A DNA stretch of 63,961 nucleotides, the filler included, from Octopus bimaculoides (taxonomy: Eukaryota): NCBI RefSeq assembly GCF_001194135.2. It is 4 parts of 4 records of this genome, joined end to end, with 100 filler letters (N's around TTAATTAATTAA, not from the genome) between each part and the next. Parts side by side here need not be neighbours in the genome. Positions count along the whole stretch, not along the records: positions 1 to 28,458 come from NC_069008.1; 3 more parts are not named here. One strand, given 5' to 3'. Under the pieces are notes generated by a model that was not told the DNA's origin, did not search any database, and saw nothing but the letters and a program-made list of their open reading frames with translations. Shown in pieces: positions 1 to 9,831 of the stretch. A program made the position numbers and the translations under genes. The number at the start of each line of letters is the position of its first letter. Position 1 is the first letter of the stretch.

Positions 1-691
1 TTTTGAACATTGGGCCTCACAGAGGCAATGATAAATGGCCGAGACCTTTGTCAACATGCTGTGCTTGAGAAGACTCGTCAAACCAAGTGAAATTGCCAAT
101 AGCAGGATTTTTGAACATTGGGCCTCACAGAGGCAATGATAAATGGCCGAGACCTTTGTCAACATGCTGTGCTTGAGAAGACTTGAAAGCTAAGTGAAAC
201 TGTAGCTATGGCTGTGGCTGTTGCTGGTGTCATGTAAATGGCACTCATGAATTTATAATTATGGCTATTACTGGTAGCATGATCTTCAAACGTCAGGCCT
301 CATGGAAGCGATGACCAGTGAGCAAGACCTTTCGCGATATGCTGTGCTTAAAAAGACTCGTTAAGTCAAGCGAAATCGTAGTTGTAGCTGTTGCTAGCGT
401 CATGTAAATGACACCTGTGAAATTGTAGTCATGACCCTTGCTGGTGTAAATGGCACCTGTGAAATTGTAGTCATGACCCTTGCTGGTGTAAATGGCACCT
501 GTGCCAGAGGCACATAAAAAGCAGCCATTATACTCTTGGAGTGGTTGGTGTTAGAAAGGACATCCAACTGTAGAAACCATGCCAGATCAGACAGGAGTCT
601 GGTTTAGCTCTCCGGTTTACTGGTTCTAGTCAAAGCTTCTAACCCATGCCAGCCAACATGGATAATGGATATTAAATGATGATGATGATGA
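1..691 (+). mobile_element. RTE-clade LINE 3' end (ORF2 terminus, 3' UTR, (ATG)n tail)
   Basis: 6-75 reads TLGLTEAMINGRDLCQHAVLEKT, matching the RTE C-terminus TLVLTEAMTKDRDLWRYAVTEKT at about 10490-10560 (-). The 3' UTR matches the reverse complement of 9832-10000 and ends in ATGATGATG. Confidence 0.85.
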
Positions 692-713
692 GTTAAAGAA
701 AAAAGAAAAAAAA

Positions 714-997
714 GCATGAAACTTAGTGGTTAGGATATTCAGTTCAAGCTTGTAAGGTCATGAATTCTTGAGCAAGACACTTTGTTTCACGTTGCTCCAG
801 TGCATTCGGCTAGCAAAAATGAGTTGTACCTGTATTTCAAAGGGCCAGCCTAGTTATATTCTGTGTCACGCTAAATCTTTCTGGCAACTATGTTAAGGGC
901 ATGTGTGTCTGTAGAGTGCTTAGCCACTTGCACATTAATTTCACAAGGAAGCTGTTCTGTTGATCGGATCAACTGGAATCCCTGTTGTCATAACTGG
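714..997 (+). mobile_element. tRNA-derived CORE-type SINE, variant 3' tail
   Basis: A-box-like TAGTGGTTAGG head, then TTCTTGAGCAAGACACTTTGTTTCACGTTGCTCCAG core shared with 1907-2205, 3358-3645 and 20233-20546; the tail differs. Confidence 0.7.
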
Positions 998-1364
998 TAA
1001 AATGCCAGTAGTAAGTTAAAGAATAGGGGGCAATAACATTTTATCTCCAGAAGCAACATTCATCATTGCTTAGACCCAGGTCAGATCTTAACAAAGAGAC
1101 CAAAAACATTCCAGTTAGGAATATTCCACCATTCTCTCTAGTTATGTAATATTCAGGACTACATTATCCAATATAGCTGTCAATTTTCAAGACTAACAAA
1201 TGTCATTTAAAAGAAATTTGGCTGCTACATATGGCATATCAAATGATTACATAGATGCTCCCTTGGTATCACATTACACTGTAATCTTTGTCCTTGGGTA
1301 GAAACTGTTATATCCCTAGAAAGAATGAAAAATGGCTAATATTTCCTTCAGACTTTGCTTTTGT

Positions 1365-1543
1365 TACATTTATTCAAACCCCAAACTCTCAACAAACGGC
1401 TATGATGCTCCTCTACTACTCTTGCTCATCATCAAAGATGCACATATTATCAACTGCTAAGGGACATGCTCAAGTGGTTATGGTCAAGTGGTTATGGTCA
1501 AGCAACTGACAAGCAAATCTGTCATACTGAGCAGAATATTTAC
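1365..1543 (-). mobile_element. Fragment of the R4/Dong-associated 3' UTR repeat
   Basis: Similar to 14735-15125 and to the reverse complement of 62265-62470 (GGCTATGATGCTCC...GATGCACATAT...AAGGGACATGCTC...TGACAAGCAAATC). Confidence 0.7.
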
Positions 1544-1778
1544 TATAGTGATATTTCTGCTTCAGCGACTCAGCATTGAATCTGTCTGAAATGTGATGGA
1601 AAATAGGTCAGTTTCAAAACATTGATGTCCAGGTTACAAAAGCCAAGTTTGAAGGGAATAGCAGTGATTTCCAGATAGAAGCAAATAGAAAATAACTCTT
1701 ACTGACCAAAGACAAAAAAAAAAAGAAAAAAAAAAATCAAAATTTTGTTACACAGTGTAGTTATATGTGCAACTTCAG

Positions 1779-1861
1779 GTCAGCTATGACAGTGCAGACT
1801 TATCATCAACTGTTTCCAAGAACTTTAGAAATTCTATGAGAGATCAAACAATGAAGGAGAG
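1779..1861 (+). CDS. Candidate host coding exon (unassigned protein)
   Basis: CAACTTCAG acceptor; open frame VSYDSADLSSTVSKNFRNSMRDQTMKE+AG; GTGACT donor. It ends in phase 2, matching the start of 7671-7836. Confidence 0.45.
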
Positions 1862-1906
1862 GTGACTAAAAATACCCACTATACATAAATCTCCTTCAGA
1901 AAGGGT

Positions 1907-2205
1907 AAAACCCACCTTTGATCATGAATGACCATGGGATTGCACCTAGAAAGTTCTCCTCCGAGGCACAAGTCGCCAGCAGTCGCCCATGCATACCAGC
2001 CTCTCCTCGCCATGCCATAGATGTTATCCAAGGGAAAGGCAAACGCTGATACAGTTTGGCACAAGTGATGTCCCAACTCATTTCTAGAGCAACATGAAAT
2101 AAAGTGTCTTGCTCAAGAACACAACACACAGCCCAGTCTGGGAACCGAACTCACTACCTCATGATTGTGAGCCCGATGCTCTCATCACTGAGCCATGCAC
2201 CTTCA
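1907..2205 (-). mobile_element. tRNA-derived CORE-type SINE
   Basis: Minus-strand head GAAGGTGCATGGCTCAGTGATGAGAGCATCGGGCTCACAATCATGAGGTAGTGAGTTCGGTTCC with A/B boxes, then core and tail; near-full copies elsewhere in the window. Confidence 0.85.
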
Positions 2206-2649
2206 AGAAATAACAGTTAAAATGGTGGAATAAGCTTTGGTCTCTGTTTTTTGTTACCATAAAATTTTTGCTTTAATATGTTGTAGCTTCTTATGTGCAG
2301 CCATTGCAAAGAGCTTTTAAACCTTTTCGCAGTGGTTTTCAACCATTTTTTACCTATGGACCTGCTGAGTCTTATTTTACTTGGGTGGACTCTTGTAGCT
2401 ATTCTATGTCTAAAAAATCCTATTATATATTTATAATGAAATATTATTAGGAATTGTATTTAAAAAGTTGTTAAAATATTTGGTGTATTTTATCTTTTAC
2501 TTGTTTCAGTCATTTGATAGCAGCCATGCTGGGGCACTGCCTTGTAACACTAAATATAAAATAAAACAAAATTACTTGGTATATCATATAAAGAAAATTG
2601 ATTTAAGTTCATCAAAATATCTGAAAAAAGAAAAGAAAAAATAATTTAA

Positions 2650-2861
2650 CAGAAGGCCAACGGGCTCCAGTTGGACCCCAATAACCATATTTTATGCTTT
2701 AACATCCATATGACCAGAAATTTTTAACTCAAAATTTGTACGTGCATACATAAACTATTGACAATAAAAGTCATGAGATATCATTTAAATAAGAAATGTA
2801 AAAGTTGCATAACTTTTTAAATTTGCTGGGGTCCCAAGGGACCCTGCTGGCCCACGAAGGA
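2650..2861. mobile_element. TTAA-flanked MITE (piggyBac-like)
   Basis: TTAA at 2646-2649 and 2862-2865; degenerate TIRs (GGCCAACGGGCTCCAGTTGGACCCCA vs TGGGGTCCCAAGGGACCCTGCTGGCC). Confidence 0.5.
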
Positions 2862-2949
2862 TTAATCATGTGTTGTAGCTTTGAGATTTCAATGATGTGA
2901 TTGTTTTAGAATGACATTGTAGGGTTGGTGTGAGAGGCTGGTGATGAGG

Positions 2950-3188
2950 ATATGTGTGTGTCTTTGAGTCAGTTGGTTGTCCCCCACCACTGCTTGATAA
3001 CCGGTGTTGGTGTATTTATATCCCTGTAACTTAGCAGTTTGGCAAAGAGACTAATACAGTAAGTACCAGGCTTAAATAAAAAGAAGAAAAATAAGTACTG
3101 AGCTAATTTCATTCAACTAAAATTTCTTCAAAGCGGTGCTCCAGCATGGCCACAGCCTAATGACCGAAACAAGCAAATGATAAAAGAT
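2950..3188 (+). mobile_element. 3' half of the abundant microsatellite-containing SINE
   Basis: Matches the 3' half of 21362-21750, ending GCGGTGCTCCAGCATGGCCACAG...GAAACAAG. Confidence 0.75.
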
Positions 3189-3357
3189 ATTTCCAAATAT
3201 TTCCAATGTTCTTTAATAGTTTAATTATTAACTTCATTAGTTTCAAAAGTTTTATTACTATGGCATTATTATTATTATTATTCGTTCATTAACTGAAAGA
3301 AATTATTTTACTAATTTATTAGTTTTTGTCTTTTCATCATTTAACGTCTGCTTTCCA

Positions 3358-3645
3358 TTCCCAGTTCAATTCCCAGACTAGCCTGTGTGTTGTGTTCTTG
3401 AGCAAGACACTTTACTTTACATTGCTCCAGTTGACTCAGTTGTAGAAATGAGTTGTGATGTCACAGGTGCCAAGCTGTATTGGCCCCTTTGCCTTTCCCA
3501 TGGATAACATCAATGGCATAGAGAGGAGGCTGGTACACATGGGTGACTGCTGGTCTTCCATAAACAACGTTGCTTGGATTTGTGCTTCAGAGGGTAACTT
3601 TCTAGATACAAAGCCATGTCATTCATGATGGAAGCGGGGTTTTAC
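3358..3645 (+). mobile_element. CORE-type SINE, 5'-truncated
   Basis: Reverse-complement match to 1907-2160; preceded by a short RTE-tail stub (CATCATTTAACGTCTGCTTTCCAT). Confidence 0.8.
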
Positions 3646-4679
3646 TTTATAAAGGGAAAACCTTTATAAATACCACCACCTCGTCAATCCCTATGATAAA
3701 GAGAATCACACACACAATACTGAATGTCTGTAGAATTGCATAATAAAATTTTTTTTTTAAATGTGTGGTACCCAAAGTGATATATATTTCAGTCACAACA
3801 GCCAGGAGAATTGGAATCTTTCCCAAATTTCTGCAGACTTTTGTATGTCATTACATCTTGTAATAAATATTTCTTTAAATACTTATATGTTACATAAAAG
3901 TTTTTTTTTCTTTTTTCTGAAAGTAAAATAATCAGTTTTCGTTTTGGTTATTTCACGGAACACTTGATGTTTTTATGTATTTCCTATTTCCTCGGAAATA
4001 AGCCCTAATTCTCCAAATTTAATGAAACATTAAATTGATGAACAAAGAAAAGACGATGTCCCAGCATGGCCACAGCCTTAGGGCTGAAATGTACAAAAGA
4101 ATAGACGTTAGTGTCAATTTATTTGGCGACAGCCGGAGATTTTCTCCTTTCACGTTGTGCTGTTGTCAGCTTGTTTGTCTTATTCTATATTTTAGGTGCA
4201 ATAAGAATCCTTCTAATGTTTTTATTGTTATTTATCGAAGCACCTTTTCGTTATCACCTCGTATAGCAGGTTATGTAGACCCATTAACTCTTTAGCATAA
4301 GAAAATATAGACAAAATAAATTAACAATTTGGAGAACTCACTAGGAACTATCGACAGTAAACATTCAATAGGATTTTTGAAGACTCTAATTATTGTTTTC
4401 CCATCGAGTATGTAATATATGTGACCATGAAATAAGTGAATCAAGTAAAATTGTGAGAATGGTAGACGTTGGCAACATCAAAAGCAGCTGAGACAGTAAA
4501 TCGAAATTCTTAGAAATAAGAGATACTATAAATGGATTTATACGAATTAATGTTTTTGTTATTTCATTTATTTGGTTTAATTTTGAAATAGAGGGTAACA
4601 ATGAAGAAGCGTTAATATTCTCGTATTTGAAGACAAAAATAATTTCTAATATTTTACAAAAGGTATGGAACTTCTAGGT

Positions 4680-4995
4680 CAACGGTTCTCAACCAGGGTC
4701 CATAAAAGGTTTTTGTGGGTCTACGCAAACAAAACAGTAAATCAGGGACCTGCTGTAGTATATTAAGAGTCCATGAAAAGATTTTGTTTTAAATGTATTT
4801 ATTTTGCAAGAAATAAGTTTCTTTAACGTTTTATATTGTTCAACCTATATAAGTTAATGAGTAAAAAAAATAATAAAATAGAAATTTTGAAATAAGTATT
4901 TCTAAAACTAGTTTTTAAACATCGAATGATTATGGCGGGGTTCATCAGCAATCAAAAGGGGTTCACAGGTAAAAAAAAATCGCTGAGAAACACTG
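4680..4995. mobile_element. hAT (Charlie/Buster-type) MITE
   Basis: TIRs CAACGGTTCTCAAC / GCTGAGAAACACTG; CTTCTAGG at 4671-4678 and 4996-5003 (8-bp TSD with one extra base on the left). Confidence 0.8.
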
Positions 4996-5418
4996 CTTCT
5001 AGGAGGGGGGGGGGGCTGAAGAAATCCAACCCTTATACAACAACAGCACAAAAATGTAAGGAACAATATTTAAAAGAAAAGCAGAAACTGTAGAAAAAGA
5101 AATTAATTGAATATAATTAGAATACCTTGAGAACGTTGAATATAAAAAAGGTGGAAGAACGAGTTTGTAGGAAACAAATAATGTTATATTTGAAGGGAGC
5201 GATAAAGATGGAGACAGGAAGTACAGGATCGCAGTGAATTGGAGAAGAGTCAAATTAAGTAGGGGTTTCTATGGGAGTTATATCCCTTGCTCGTGTTTCA
5301 GTTTTACTTTCGCAGTTCGCTTTGCAAGTTCACGGTTTGGAGTTCAGTCTCACTCAATGACATCTTAACTGGACGTTTCCTTGTAAACTGGATGACCAAT
5401 ACCATGCGAAGGAATTTG

Positions 5419-5896
5419 GGTCAAACTAAAGCGTTTGCCCCGGGCTCAAAAATAAAAAAATAATTACTGTAATAGGTGTAAAACAACTTGTTGTGAACGA
5501 ATATGAAGAAAAAATGCGCGCTCGCGAACGGGGGGGGGAGGACTCAATGCTCCGAGACGCCTCACCGGAGCCAAGAAACAAAAGAAAAATAGTGTAATAG
5601 ATGTAAAACGACTTGCTCTGAACGAATATAAAAAGAAAAAAAAATGCGCGCTCGCGAAAGGCGGGGTGGAGAGAGGACTCGGAACATTCACATCGTCGCA
5701 CACTATTTTTCTTTTGTTTCTTGGCTCCGGTGAGGCGTCTCGGAACATTCACGATGTGAATGTTCGGAGTCTTCTCCCCACCCCCACCCCCGCTCGCGAG
5801 CGCGTATTTTTTTCTTCATATTCGTTCACAGCAAGTTGTTTTACACCTATTACACTAATTTTTTAAAATTCTTGAGCTCAGGTCAAACGTTTGACC
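5419..5896. mobile_element. Fold-back MITE with modular internal repeats
   Basis: Long terminal inverted arms, ending in the perfect palindrome GGTCAAACGTTTGACC (5881-5896); internal modules are repeated in both orientations. Confidence 0.75.
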
Positions 5897-5929
5897 AATT
5901 TTATACTGTCATTTCACTTTCTGTCACAG

Positions 5930-6665
5930 TCGGCAAACATGCGGAACAAACGAACGGAGGAGGGGTGGGGAAACTTTCCGAAATTTCACAAAATTCGCTT
6001 TTTCCCTCATAACTTTCAGGAACACATTTTCCCCACATATTTCTTTATAATCATAATCTATGCCGTTTGAAAGGTGTTTCTGCAAAATTTCATTAAAAGA
6101 TGTCCATTTTCTTTAAAGTTATGAGGGGGAAAATCAGACTGCATGAATTTCTCTGATATAAATCTTTGCAGAAAGATGATTAGATCGATCACATATTTTT
6201 TTCATTATTTCCCGCGAATACTGTGTAGTTACAATAAAGCATTCATTTATTTTTTTTATTTTGTTGGGACACTGATTTCCCTTTCAGGACACCGAGAGAA
6301 GGGTCACGGAAAACATAACTGCGAGTTTTATTCCCCATAAATTCCAACATACAACATGAAATTTCTTTGATATTTTCAACGAATTCGTGTTGTATGTGCA
6401 TCACGTACAGATGTGTGTCAATAAAGTTTATTGGAGAGTTGGTTGTTATTTCGGTACTCACATTTTTTGTAAATGCCCTTTCAAGATTCATTTTTTTTTC
6501 GGGGGGGAGAAGACCACTTTGGAAATTTCCAACACTTTCAGTTGAAACACATCCCCACCCCTACGAATTGTTTTGTAATTAGGGGCAGGGTACCTTATTA
6601 ATAAAGATGCTAAGACATCACAAAAACTGTTACTCAGAGTTTCACGTTCCGTTTGTTGGACAGTT
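5930..6665. mobile_element. Non-autonomous DNA-transposon-like interspersed repeat
   Basis: Internal inverted motif TTTCCCTCATAACTTT / AAAGTTATGAGGGGGAAA; no coding capacity. Superfamily not determined. Confidence 0.45.
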
Positions 6666-6704
6666 TTGGTTGAGAATGGAACAAAATGAGGTTATATGCA
6701 TAAA

Positions 6705-6905
6705 TATACAATTGCACGGGTATGATCATGTGATGTGTATGGACAAGGACAGATGCATAAAGGAGTACTGATCTGAAACTGGCAGGAAGCTGAAGAAGGG
6801 ACAAACAGAGGAAGATGTGGAGTGAAGTGGTGAGAACTGATCTTCTGATGTTGAACCTCACAGAGGAGATGACAAGGGACTGAGACATCTGGCAAGTTTG
6901 CAGTA
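6705..6905 (+). mobile_element. RTE LINE C-terminal fragment
   Basis: Decayed GYDHVMCMDKDRCIK...MWSEVVRTDLLMLNLTEEMTRD*DIW, the same region as the RTE terminus at 10490-10620 (-). Confidence 0.7.
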
Positions 6906-7214
6906 AAACCATGGCCATCCCTACATGCAGGCATGTCCTTTACAGCCATGCATTCTCCCTCCCACACACACACATAATCAGTCTTCTGTCAAAATTCCCC
7001 CACGACCCATCTTCCCAACAATCTTACCACCTGCCGCTGGCCCCTCCCCTCCACTCTCCCTCACCCACTGCAGGATTCCCCACTCTCCCTCACATGCTTA
7101 TCGGCACACTCTCCATGCCCTTGTATATATCTACAATATCCCCCCTTCCAGCCACTCACCAGTTATCTCTTCTTCCCCATCTCTAAACATCCCCTCACAC
7201 ACTTATGGAAGTGT

Positions 7215-7560
7215 TGCTGCTTATATCCAATATTTCTCTCAAATCACTTACACTCGGTTATACATGCACACTGACATTACCCATCCAGTGGAGCATGCTG
7301 GCTTCATTCCTTTCAAGCATTCACATCTCCTTTGTAGCCACAACCCATGCTTCACTGCCATGCAGCATAGTTCTTCTTACACAGACATCATACATTTCGC
7401 TGTGACAGAGAGGCCCCTTGTGACAAACAAAGGTAGTACTTACCCGAACTTTGCTCAACCTATTCTTATTATATCAGATAGGCTTTCAGAATATCCTCCT
7501 TCATTGCTAACTTGGTTACCTAGGTAACAGATGTTATCTACTACATCTAAGAATTCTCCA
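7215..7560 (-). mobile_element. RTE LINE RT-thumb fragment
   Basis: Minus strand reads GEFLDVVDNICYLGNQVSNEGGYSES...TMLHGSEAW...LERNEASMLHWMGNVS, homologous to 10700-11040 (-). Confidence 0.8.
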
Positions 7561-7627
7561 GACATTTGAGGAAGCCTCTTCTGTACACACACACACACAC
7601 ACACACAAACTCACCCTCACCCATATG

Positions 7628-7658
<31 letters not shown>

Positions 7659-7670
7659 TGTCTATTGCAG

Positions 7671-7836
7671 GTACAAGATGCTGAGTAAGAGCTTAAACAA
7701 AGGTTGCAAATCAACACCTCAAGACACTACTAAAAGTGAGGACTCTGTTCCCATGCAAGATGCCAAGTTGGATGACACCACTGAACCTGATAGAAAACCA
7801 GTCCCTCGACTGCAGACCTCTTCAGATATATATTAA
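7671..7836 (+). CDS. Candidate terminal coding exon (unassigned protein)
   Basis: TCTATTGCAG acceptor; 54 open codons YKMLSKSLNKGCKSTPQDTTKSEDSVPMQDAKLDDTTEPDRKPVPRLQTSSDIY then TAA overlapping AATAAA; phase matches 1779-1861. Confidence 0.5.
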
Positions 7837-8107
7837 TAAATTTATTAATCCAATTTACATTGAATATTTTTTTTATCAATTACAATAAGTAAAAACACAA
7901 AAATTTTTTTTCAGAAATTGCATAAAAAAACGGATTAAGCACTTTGGCAGCTTGGCTGGTTTGGGCAATTTGGTTGGAGGTCAAAAGATAGAAAGGTCAA
8001 TAANNNNNNNNNNNNNNNNNNNNNNNNNNNNNNNNNNNNNNNNNNNNNNNNNNNNNNNNNNNNNNNNNNNNNNNNNNNNNNNNNNNNNNNNNNNNNNNNN
8101 NNNNNNN

Positions 8108-9280
8108 GTAAATCTCTTTAAGTCTGGCAGCAACACAGTAAGAGAATTTTGAGTATATTAAAGAACAGTAAAGAATGATTCTAACATTTTCAGGAAGAAG
8201 GTAAGAAATTCTATTTAACATACCAAAAGTACGGGTATTTTGTTTTAATAAATTGCTTATATGTGTTTTGAAACTGAGGGACTCATCAATATGAATGCTG
8301 AGAAATTTTGTTGCTGTTACATGTGAAATTGCTTTACCTGTGATGAGGACATTAGGAAGAAGCTGTTTGGACTTTGTGGAGAAAAGCATGCAGCAGTGTT
8401 TTTTTTATATTAAGGGTAAGCCAATTAGTGATAAGCCATTGATAAACCTTGTCCAGTTCTGAATTAATTGTATTGACTAGGGAGGGAAGGTCATGGTGAC
8501 TAATAAAGATAGTAAAGTCATCACCGAAATGTAGAAAATTTAATAAATTAGTAGAATTGCACATATCATTTATATAGATAAGGAACAGTAATGGGCCCAG
8601 TATGGACTCCTGGGGGGGGGGGACTCCTATTTGATCTAGACATGAATCGGAAGTTGCTGAAGACGTATTTGGTAGTTTGACAAGGAGCAGAAAAGATGAA
8701 GAATACAAAGTATTTATAAATTGATTTCCAGCATTAGTTGGATTTAAGATGTTAATGTTAAAATCACCAGATACAATGACAGCATGGTGTGGATTTCAGG
8801 GGCAAAATATTTGATAGACACACATTAAATTCGTGGATGCTAGCATCAGGAGGTCGATAAACTCCTATTACAGTGCATGTAGAGGAATTAATTGTTATTT
8901 TAACAGAATATACTTCAATATTATTATTAAAATATGACCAGTCATCTATTAAAGGAGAACATAGTTTGGATTGTACACATACATTTATACAACCACCTTT
9001 TTCATGATCATGAAAAATATGGTAGTTATTGTAGCCAGATATATCTGCACTATTGTTTATACTAAATCAGGTTTCAGAAAATACAAGAATTTCAGGCATT
9101 TCACATAAATCTTTTAAGCATAATAAGAATTTGTCCATGTTTTTATTAAATGAATGCACATTAAAATGGGTTAAGAGAAAATTATAATTAGTTTTAGAAT
9201 GTAAATCATTAAAAGTTTGAGAGTCATAATGCTTACAGCTTTTTATACTAAATGGTTCAATATTTTCAGGTGTAGCCATT
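8108..9280 (-). mobile_element. CR1/L2-group LINE ORF2 remnant, internally deleted
   Basis: APE motifs (HFNVHSF, VFSET, IGVYRPP, VSGDFNIN, CLDQI) are joined directly to RT motifs (GVP...SILGPLLFLIYIND, HFGDD, LNIKKT, KFLSIHID). Confidence 0.9.
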
Positions 9281-9831
9281 ATCGATTCTGTTTATCATGT
9301 GACAGTGTCACAATCTCATTCTTTGCATTAAATTCTTTAGTTGGGATGTCAACAATCTTTGCTATTGATGTGTCAGCTGAGAGTAATTGAAGTATATTTT
9401 CAGTCTTTAGGTCTGCATGGGCCTCAAGTATGATTTCGTGATTATACAATTCTTTCTCGTTATTGGATGTGCTTTTTTGTTTTTGTTTTTTCTAAATCCA
9501 AATTGCATTGGAGTTTGTTCGAGAAAATGGGGTTGGGTCGGGTAGTTGCCTCACATTCTCATTCTGTGGCTTGTTTATATGAAGTAATTGGGAATTTGCA
9601 AGAGGGCTGAGATTTGGCACATTCAGTTTGTTAGTTGAGGAACCAGGTGTTGTGTCCTTCAGAATTTTGGGGGTTTGAAAAATCTTACCCAAAGGAGGGG
9701 AGATGGAGGCGATGAATCCAATGTTGGGAAGGTCAGTTGGAGTCCATGATTATACAATATATGAAGATCTTCAATAAAAAGATCTCGTTACCCTATTCAT
9801 AATCCTCATATTGAAAACATCTATACACAAC

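Noticed and set aside
4300-4670. Protein-like + frame (HRVCNICDHE...KFLEIRDTINGFIRIN)
   Set aside because: Stop-interrupted, AT-rich and without a recognisable motif.
6925-7527. 200-aa P/H/S-rich ORF
   Set aside because: It is low-complexity pyrimidine-rich DNA plus the antisense of an RTE fragment.
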